The notes under the pieces are model-generated. The model was not told the DNA's origin. It made no database searches and saw only the letters and a program-made list of their open reading frames with translations. Of a stretch of DNA of 64,000 bases, positions 57,286 to 64,000 are shown one piece after another. The translations under genes and the position numbers were made by a program. The number at the start of each line of letters is the position of its first letter. Position 1 is the stretch's first letter. Origin of the DNA: an uncultured beta proteobacterium (GTDB taxonomy: Bacteria > Pseudomonadota > Gammaproteobacteria > Burkholderiales > Casimicrobiaceae); NCBI GenBank assembly GCA_963779445.1, contig CAVZYI010000003.1:21047-85046 (forward strand), given 5' to 3'.

Positions 57286-57807
57286 TCAGGCACTGTCCTT
57301 CGTGCCGATGACCAGGCGCAGCATCAGCTCGAGTGCGAATGAAACGATCAGCAGCCCGCCCAGGGGAATCGCGAAGTAGGTCGCGCCCTCCGGAATCCGG
57401 ATGATCGGAGTCGCGACGTCCCAGGTCTCGCGGACCAGGAGGATGCCGTTCCACGCCAGCACGCCGCCGAATGCGGCGACGATCAGGAACACCGCTGCGC
57501 CGACGATCTTGCGCAGCAGCGGCGGCAGCGAATCGCTGATGAACGAAATGCCGAGGTGCGACTCCTCGCGGACGCCGACGGCACCGGCGAGGAACGAGAA
57601 ATAGAGCACGAGGAGCAGGGCGATGCGCTCGACCCATTGCGGCGAGTCGTTCAGCACGTAGCGGCCGAAGACCTGCCAGCCGGTGATCGCCGTCATGACC
57701 AGCAGACCCAGCGCGGAGAGCCCGAGCGCCCACTCCGCGATCCGGTCGTTGGCGCGCGTGAGGCGCGAGAGGACGCTTGCCAGCGCCGGCGAACGCGTGG
57801 AATGCAT
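57286..57807 (-). CDS. TRAP transporter small permease (DctQ family)
   Basis: 173 aa, 4 TM. ITGWQVFGRYVLNDSPQWVERIALLLVLYFSFLGAAVG-like pattern. Stop abuts the dctM start. Confidence 0.8.
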   Translation of the reverse strand: MHSTRSPALASVLSRLTRANDRIAEWALGLSALGLLVMTAITGWQVFGRYVLNDSPQWVERIALLLVLYFSFLAGAVGVREESHLGISFISDSLPPLLRKIVGAAVFLIVAAFGGVLAWNGILLVRETWDVATPIIRIPEGATYFAIPLGGLLIVSFALELMLRLVIGTKDSA

Positions 57808-57874
57808 GCCTTGGCCTGCCTTGGTCGGGAGCGGGGCGGACGCCGGCAACGCGGCACCCGCCCCGGCACCGTCG

Positions 57875-58846
57875 TCAGTTGGTTGCCTGGATCTTGCTCA
57901 CCATGTCCTTGAGCTTCGGGTCGGTGATGAATTTGTCGTAGACCGGCTTCATCGCATCCTGGAACGACTTCTTGTCGACTTCGGTGATCTTGGCGCCGCC
58001 GGCCTCGACCACTGCCCGCGACTTCGCCTCCTTTTCGTCCCACAGCTTGCGCATGTACGGCACCGACTCCTTGGCCGCTTCGCGGAAGATCTTCTGCTGC
58101 TCCGGCGTCAGGCCGTCGTACACCTTCTTCGACATCAGCAGCATCTCGGGCGCCATCGAATGCTCGGTCAGCGCGTAGTATGGCGCGACCTCGAAGTGAC
58201 GCGCGGTGTCGTACGACGGCCAATTGTTCTCGGCGCCGTCGACTACGCCGGTCTTGAGCGATGTGTAGACCTCGCCGTACGGAATCGGCGTCGCGTTCGC
58301 GCCCATCGCCTGCAGCAGCGCGACCCACAGGTCCGATTGCTGGACGCGAATCTTCAGGCCCTTGACGTCGGCCAACGTCTTGACCTGCTTCTTCGTCGTG
58401 TAGAGCGAGCGCGAGCCCGAATCGTAGAACGCGAGGCCGACGTAGCCCTGCGGCTCGCAGGCCTTGAGGATCTGGTCGCCGATCGGGCCGTCGAGCACCT
58501 TGCGCATGTGCTCCTTCGACTTGAACAGGAACGGCATCGTCGGCACCATCGTCTCGGCGCAGATATTGTTCATCGGCGCGACGTTGATGCGCACGAGATC
58601 GAGCGCGCCGATCTTCACCTGCTCGATCGTGTCCTTCTCGCCGCCCAGCTGATTGCCCGTGTAGACCTTGATCGTGTCCTTCCCGCCGGTCTTCTTGGAA
58701 ATGACGTCGCTCATGAACTTGACCGCCATGACCGTCGGATAATCCTCCGGGTGCACGTCGGCGGAACGGAACTCCTTCGCCGCGGCGGTGGCGGCCAGCG
58801 CCGCCGCGCAAGCGGAAACTGCAAATCGTGTGACCAACTTCCTCAT
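57875..58846 (-). CDS. TRAP transporter substrate-binding protein (DctP family)
   Basis: Signal peptide [23 protein letters not shown]; [44 protein letters not shown]. Confidence 0.85.
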   Translation of the reverse strand: MRKLVTRFAVSACAAALAATAAAKEFRSADVHPEDYPTVMAVKFMSDVISKKTGGKDTIKVYTGNQLGGEKDTIEQVKIGALDLVRINVAPMNNICAETMVPTMPFLFKSKEHMRKVLDGPIGDQILKACEPQGYVGLAFYDSGSRSLYTTKKQVKTLADVKGLKIRVQQSDLWVALLQAMGANATPIPYGEVYTSLKTGVVDGAENNWPSYDTARHFEVAPYYALTEHSMAPEMLLMSKKVYDGLTPEQQKIFREAAKESVPYMRKLWDEKEAKSRAVVEAGGAKITEVDKKSFQDAMKPVYDKFITDPKLKDMVSKIQATN

Positions 58847-58957
58847 GGCACTCCTCCAGATGGCGTTGAAAGCGACCGGCTCTTGCCCGGCAAATGCGGC
58901 CGTCGCGTCACCGCGACCGGCTGAACCCGTTCCTCGGCGTCCGACGCGGGGACTTCA

Positions 58958-59815
58958 TCATGCCGCGCGCGGGTGTTCCTTGACGCGGCTCACGAGCTGC
59001 GTCGGATTGACGAAACGCAGCGCGATCAGCAGCCACACCAGCGTGACGACCATGTAGATCATCGCCATGGCGTCCACCGACTGCGGAGCCCTCACCCCGG
59101 CGGCGAAGACGGCATAGTAGAGCGCCACGACGAGGGTCTGCGAATCCGGACCGGCGGTAAGGAACGTGAGCTCGAACATGGCGATGGTGCGCACCAGCAC
59201 GAGCAGCGAAGCGGCGAGTATTCCCGGCCCGAGCAGCGGGACGAGGATATGCCAGAACATGCGCCCGGTGCCGGCGCCGAACACCCGCGCGGCAGATTCC
59301 AGGTTGGGATCGATCTGCTCGATGAACGGGGTCATCACCAGGATCACGAACGGCGCCGCCGGAATCAGGTTGGCGAGGATGACGCCGTAGATCGTCCCGG
59401 CGAGATGAAACTTGTAGAGCACGGTCGCGAGCGGAATGCCGTAGGTGATCGGCGGGACCATCAGCGGCAAAAGGAAGAGCAGCATCAGCGCCTTCTTGCC
59501 GGGAAAATCCCGGCGCGCGAGCGCGTAGCCCGCCGGCACGCCGATCAGCAGGGCCAGCAGCACGACGGCGAGGACGACCTGGACGGTCACCCACAGGATG
59601 GCGTCGAGCTGGAACTCCTTCCACGCCGACGCGTACCAGTCGGTGGTCCATCCGTCCGGCAGCCAGGTTCCGAGCCAGCGCCGGGCGAAGGAGTTGGTCG
59701 TGACCGCCGCGATCATCAGGCCGATGTTGACCAGGAACAGCGTCATCAGCCCCCAGAGGAATCCGGTCCACGCGCGGTCGAGCCAGCGGCCGTGGAGGAT
59801 GCCGGCGGCGCTCAT
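58958..59815 (-). CDS. ABC transporter permease (PotC-like)
   Basis: 285 aa, 6 TM. EAA-type loop IEQIDPNLESAARVFGAGTGRMFWHILVPLLGPG. ATGA overlap with the upstream permease gene. Confidence 0.8.
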   Translation of the reverse strand: MSAAGILHGRWLDRAWTGFLWGLMTLFLVNIGLMIAAVTTNSFARRWLGTWLPDGWTTDWYASAWKEFQLDAILWVTVQVVLAVVLLALLIGVPAGYALARRDFPGKKALMLLFLLPLMVPPITYGIPLATVLYKFHLAGTIYGVILANLIPAAPFVILVMTPFIEQIDPNLESAARVFGAGTGRMFWHILVPLLGPGILAASLLVLVRTIAMFELTFLTAGPDSQTLVVALYYAVFAAGVRAPQSVDAMAMIYMVVTLVWLLIALRFVNPTQLVSRVKEHPRAA

Positions 59816-60693
59816 CCCTTGCCTCCGGTGACGGGACCGCGGTACGCGAGCCTGCGCAGACCCAGCACGGCGGCGACGATGACGAGCTGGACGAAGCCCA
59901 TGATCATCGCGATCGCGGACGCCAGCGAATAGTCGTACTGCTCGAAGGCGGCCTCGTAGGCGGCGATCGATATGACGCGCGTCGGGCCCGCCGGCGAACC
60001 CAGCAGCACGGCCGACGGGAAGACCGAGAAGGCCTGCACGAAGGCAAGGCAGAAGCACATCGCGAGACCGGGGGTCAGCAGCGGCAGATAGATGTGACGG
60101 AACTGCGCACGCGGCCCGGCGCCCAGCGTCGATGCCGCGCGCGCCAGCACCGGATCGATGCCGGTGATGTACGAAAGGATCAGCAGGAAGGCGAAGGGAA
60201 ACCCCGAAATCACCAGCGATATCAGCACGCCCCAGTAGTTGTGCGTGAGCCGGATCGAGCCCTCGTACAGGTGGAAGAACTGCAGGAACTGCGCCAGCCA
60301 CCCTTTCGGGCCGAAGTACGTCAGCATCCCCTCGGCGATCAGCACCGTGCCCAGCGTGATGGGGATCACGAGGATCGTCGTGGCCCAGCGCTGGTACGGC
60401 GATTTCACGCGCATCTTGAAGGCGATCGGCAAGGCGAGGCCGACGTTGATGAGCGTGGCCGGAAGCGCGAGACGCAGCGTCGTCCAGATCGTCGGCCAGA
60501 GATTGTCGGTGGTGAAGAAATGCTCGTAGTTCGCCAGCGCGCCGCCTTCCTTGGGATTGAACGACAGCGCGAGACCGTAGAGGAACGGATAGACGAACAG
60601 CAGCAGCATGAACGCGGCGCCCGGGACGACCAGCAGGAAGACGCGGTCGAACTGCGCGCGCGTCACGCCACCGGCGGCGGCCGCGCTACTCAT
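59812..60693 (-). CDS. ABC transporter permease (PotB-like)
   Basis: ATG 60693. ITGIDPVLARAASTLGAGPRAQFRHIYLPLLTPG; 6 TM. Confidence 0.8.
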   Translation of the reverse strand: MSSAAAAGGVTRAQFDRVFLLVVPGAAFMLLLFVYPFLYGLALSFNPKEGGALANYEHFFTTDNLWPTIWTTLRLALPATLINVGLALPIAFKMRVKSPYQRWATTILVIPITLGTVLIAEGMLTYFGPKGWLAQFLQFFHLYEGSIRLTHNYWGVLISLVISGFPFAFLLILSYITGIDPVLARAASTLGAGPRAQFRHIYLPLLTPGLAMCFCLAFVQAFSVFPSAVLLGSPAGPTRVISIAAYEAAFEQYDYSLASAIAMIMGFVQLVIVAAVLGLRRLAYRGPVTGGKG

Positions 60694-61765
60694 GCGGATA
60701 CACCAGCGTGCGCTCGACCGGAACGTGCGCCGAGACGGCGTCGCCCACCAGCGGCGTTCCCGCGGCACGCACGTGCAGCAGCGCGCCGGAGGCGGTCACG
60801 ATATCGACCAGCGAATCGCGGCCGCAGTATTCGACGTTGGCGACCCGCCCGGCGACGGTGTTGGCCCCCGGCGGGGCCTCGCCCAGCGAAAGCTCCTCGG
60901 GTCGCATGGCCACGCACGCGCGCCCGCCCGCGAGCAGCTGCTTGCGCGTGCCGGTCAGCCGGATCCCGTCGCCGACAAGCGTCACCTGATCGCCGTGCTC
61001 CGCCTCGACGCCGAGGTCGAGCACGTTGCGATAGCCCATGAACCGCGCCACGTGCAGGTTCGCCGGCTGCGCATAGACCTCGTGCGGCGTGGCGATCTGC
61101 TGCACGACGCCGTCCTTCATCACGACGATGCGATCGGCGAGCGAGAGCGCCTCGTCCTGGTCGTGGGTGACGTAGATCGTCGCCCGGCCGAGTTCGCTGT
61201 GGATGCGCCGGATTTCGGCACGCGTCTCGATCCGCAGCTTGGCGTCGAGGTTGGACAGCGGCTCGTCCATGAGGATCAGCGGCGGCTCGATGACGATGGC
61301 GCGCGCGATCGCGACGCGCTGCTGCTGGCCGCCCGACAGCTGCCCCGGAAGCTTGTGTTCCTGTCCGGTCAGCTGGACCATCTCCAGCGCCCGCGCCACG
61401 CGCGGCGCGATGGCGGCGTCCGGGACGCCGCGCATGCGGAGCCCGAAGCCGACGTTCTTCTCGACGGTCATGTGCGGAAACAGCGCGTAGTTCTGGAACA
61501 CCATGCCGAATCCGCGCTGTTCCGGCGGCAGCGTGTCGATGCGGGTCGAGTCGAGCCAGATGCTGCCGCCGGACAGCTGCAGCAGCCCGGCGATGCAGTT
61601 GAGCGCGGTCGACTTGCCGCAGCCGGACGGCCCGAGCAGCGCGATGAACTCGCCGCGCCTGATGGTCATCGTCAGCTCGTACAGCGCCTTGAAGGCCTGC
61701 CCGCCCGCGCCGGCGAAACGGCGCGTGACGCCGTCGAGCCGGAGTTCGTTGAAGTCGTGGTTCAT
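60686..61765 (-). CDS. ABC transporter ATP-binding protein (PotA/UgpC-like)
   Basis: ATG 61765. [46 protein letters not shown]. Confidence 0.88.
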   Translation of the reverse strand: MNHDFNELRLDGVTRRFAGAGGQAFKALYELTMTIRRGEFIALLGPSGCGKSTALNCIAGLLQLSGGSIWLDSTRIDTLPPEQRGFGMVFQNYALFPHMTVEKNVGFGLRMRGVPDAAIAPRVARALEMVQLTGQEHKLPGQLSGGQQQRVAIARAIVIEPPLILMDEPLSNLDAKLRIETRAEIRRIHSELGRATIYVTHDQDEALSLADRIVVMKDGVVQQIATPHEVYAQPANLHVARFMGYRNVLDLGVEAEHGDQVTLVGDGIRLTGTRKQLLAGGRACVAMRPEELSLGEAPPGANTVAGRVANVEYCGRDSLVDIVTASGALLHVRAAGTPLVGDAVSAHVPVERTLVYPHE

Positions 61766-61906
61766 CCCGAAGCATCCCCGATCGAAGGCATTGCGGGCCC
61801 GGCACGGAATCCGCCCGCCCTCGCGGGGGGGCCGATCGCGCGGCGTCCCGGTTGGCGCGGCCGTCTCCGATGCGGGAGTCGGCACTCCCGCATTCGGAGA
61901 CCCGGG

Positions 61907-63136
61907 TCACTTGGTCTTCTGCGCGCCGACCTGCTGGTCCCAGATCCGGAAGGCCTCGACCTGCGCCTGCGGCGGCAGCGACTGCGTGTGCGGGAACTGC
62001 TTCAGCCACCCCTCGTACTCCGGGCGGCCGAATTCCTTGATCGCGTCCTGGCTCTCCTTCGGCGCCATCGACAGCGAGACGTTCTTGACCGCCGGGCCCG
62101 GATAGAAATAGCCCTTGTCGTAGGTGTAGGCCTGCGCTTCCGGCGTCAGCAGATACGCCATCAGGTCGAGCACGACGGCGACCTTTTCCGGCGCCACGCC
62201 CTTCGGGATCACCATGTAGTGCGCGTCGTTGACCCAGGTCATGCCCTTGAAGGGCGCCACCTTGTAGTTCTTCGGCACGATGCCGAGCACGCGCGGGTTG
62301 ATGTCCCAGCCCGTCATCGTCATCGTCATGTCGCGCGAGCCTTCGCCCAGCTCCTTCATCACCGCGCCGGTGCCCGTCGGGTAGTACTCGATGCAGCTGT
62401 TGAGGTCCTTCAGGTAGGCCCAGGTCTTGTCCCAGCCGTTGACCGGATCCTTCGGATTCTTGTCGCCGAGGATGTACGGCAGCCCCATGATGAACGTGCG
62501 GCCGGGACCGGAATTGGCCGGCCGCGCGTAGATCAGCCGGTTCGGATTCGCCTTGCACCAGGCGAGGAGTTCGGCCGGCGTCGTCGGCACCTGCTTGACC
62601 TTGTCCGGGATTGAACTCCATCAGCGGGCCCGCCGGCATGAACGACGACGCGATGCCGTAGTCCTGCGCGAGTTCCTGCATCTTCGCCGCGGCCGGCTGG
62701 TAGTTGGCGATCAGGTTGGGAAACTTCGCCGCGTATGTCCGGCAGCAGCTTCATCAGCACGCCCTGCTCGATGCCGGCGGCCAGGAAATCGGTGCCGGTG
62801 AGCACGAGGTCGATGTCGCTGCGGCCCGCGCCCTGCATCGCCTTCAGCTTGCCGGGCAAGCTCGGGCGCCGGCGCCTTGGTGAAGTTGAACTTGGCGACG
62901 AGCGTCCGGATGCTTCTTCTGGTAGGCGTCGATCGCGTCCTGCGTCAGCGCCAGATTGCCGGCGACGTCGACGATGTTGATGCGTCACCGGGCTCTTGGG
63001 CATCGCGCGGCAGCCCTGCGCCGCCGACCGGCAGCGCACGCCGATCGTCGTCAACACGGCGGCGACCGCCAGCGCCAGCGCGCCGCGCAGCGCGCAACGG
63101 CGCGTGCGCGGCTCTGATCCTGTTCGACTTGTTCAT
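61907..63136 (-). pseudogene. ABC transporter periplasmic substrate-binding protein; 5-6 frameshifts in the 5' 550 nt as assembled
   Basis: 3' part intact (ORF 61907..62590). Upstream homologous pieces lie in alternating frames: MNKSNRIRA / ALRGALALAVAAVLTTIG / INIVDVAGNLALTQDAIDAYQKKHPD / LVAKFNFTKAPAPELA / GKLKAMQGAGRSDIDLVLTGTDFLAAGIEQGVLMKLLPD / YAAKFPNLIANYQPAAAKMQELAQDYGIASSFMPAGPLMEFN. Shifts near 62608, 62738, 62858, 62905, 62985 and possibly 63100. Confidence 0.65.
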
Positions 63137-63167
63137 CTCATCTTCTCCTCGTGCGATTGAACTTCGA

Positions 63168-64000
63168 TCACCCGTGCCGCGGTGCGTCGATCCGACTCGC
63201 CATCGACGCTGCGCGCGCCGCCGCGGCGACTCGCGTGATCCCGCCGGATCCCGATCCGCGGTCATCCGTCATGCCCGCACCGGCGCCCGCGCGACGCGCT
63301 TGCGCCGCCGCGGCCCTCGCCGCGCATCTTCGCCGGGCGGCGTCGTTCACGCCGCGCTGGAATTCGCGCACGACGCGGGAGATGTGCCGGTGCATCGCGG
63401 CCCGCGCCGCGTCGGGATCGCGCGCCGTGATCGCCGCGAGGATCGCCGCGTGGTCGCGGATCGTCTGCCGCGCGAGCGCTTCGGTGTGGAAATGCTGCTG
63501 CATCCGCCCCCAGAGCTCGGCGCGCTGGTTCCACAGCCCCTCGACGACGAGCTCGAGCGAGCCGTTGCCGGTGGCCTTGGCGATGCCGAGGTGGAAGTCG
63601 CGGTCGGTCTCCTCGCGGATCGCAGAAATCGTCGACGTGCGCCTCCATCCGCGCGACCGCCTGCTGCAGGGCGGCGAGGTCGTCGGGCTTGGCGTTGGCG
63701 GCGGCGAGCGCCGCGATTTCGCCTTCGACCAGCTTGCGCGCGTTGAGGAGCTCGAACGGGCCGGGACCCTTGTCGCCGCTGGGCTCGTCGCCGCCGGCGC
63801 GGCCCGGTGACGAAGATGCCGCTGCCGACGCGGACTTCGACCAGCCCGGCGATTTCGAGCGAGATCACCGCCTCGCGAACCGACGTGCGCGACACGCCGA
63901 GCAGCGTGGCGAGCTCGCGTTCGGCCGGCAGCCGCGAACCGCGCGCGAATTCGCCGCTCTCGATGAGCCCCGCAATCTGCTCGGCGATCTGCCGGTACAG
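63168..64000 (-). pseudogene. GntR/FadR-family transcriptional regulator; 5' end beyond the window; at least 2 frameshifts as assembled
   Basis: LYRQIAEQIAGLIESGEFARGSRLPAERELATLLGVSRTSVREAVISLEIAGLVEVRVGSGIFV (wHTH). FCD-like part is split over frames: GGDEPSGDKGPGPFELLNARKLVEGEIAALAA...MEAHVDDF / IREETDRDFHLGIAKATGNGSLELVVEGLWNQRAELW...AMHRHISRVVREF. Shifts near 63805 and 63625. Confidence 0.65.

Noticed and set aside
1-64000. Search by eye for rRNA, tRNA, CRISPR arrays, integrases, transposases and inverted-repeat termini
   Set aside because: Intergenic regions are short. I saw no cloverleaf-like or repeat-spacer structures, and no protein resembling a recombinase or transposase in the ORF track.

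Overview
Visibly GC-rich chromosomal segment. The gene order rpsF-priB-rpsR-rplI-dnaB and a Burkholderia-like arn cluster with split arnA suggest a beta-proteobacterium, but that is inference. I recognised no rRNA, tRNA, CRISPR array, integrase or transposase.

Contents, left to right:
- broken livF/livG;
- an acetate-linked sensing and uptake cluster: a sensor fused to a DnaQ-type exonuclease, a CheY-like receiver, a symporter-domain histidine kinase with a small accessory membrane protein, a cNMP/CBS/DUF294 nucleotidyltransferase, and actP-yjcH;
- acyl-CoA metabolism genes, a PduO-type adenosyltransferase and cysS;
- a complete L-Ara4N lipid A modification (arn) operon with an embedded TMEM175/DUF1211 membrane protein gene;
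- bcp, a PIN-PhoH ATPase and a TPR-GGDEF protein;
- a glycan-modification cluster with two SEC-C/TPR-glycosyltransferase fusions;
- dnaB and the S6 ribosomal protein operon;
- aminopeptidase, aminotransferase, dtd and pirin genes;
- a hexuronate locus (uxaC, a mannitol-dehydrogenase-family reductase, a TRAP transporter), an ABC importer and a GntR regulator.

Most interesting: an intact three-gene minus-strand operon at 42112-48753. It encodes (1) a SIR2-like/TIR fusion, (2) a membrane-anchored STAND NTPase with a long TPR-like tail, and (3) a DUF4071-like/SLOG-like/class III cyclase protein. It combines hallmark domains of NAD- and nucleotide-signalling anti-phage systems in a gene set I cannot assign to any named system. 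The defence role is inferred from domain content only.

Caveat: as assembled, the window carries many single-base indels and one in-frame TAG, concentrated in three patches (1-1250, 55600-56800, 62590-63900). These could be sequencing errors or real gene decay. All domain calls rest on motif recognition by eye; no database search was run.
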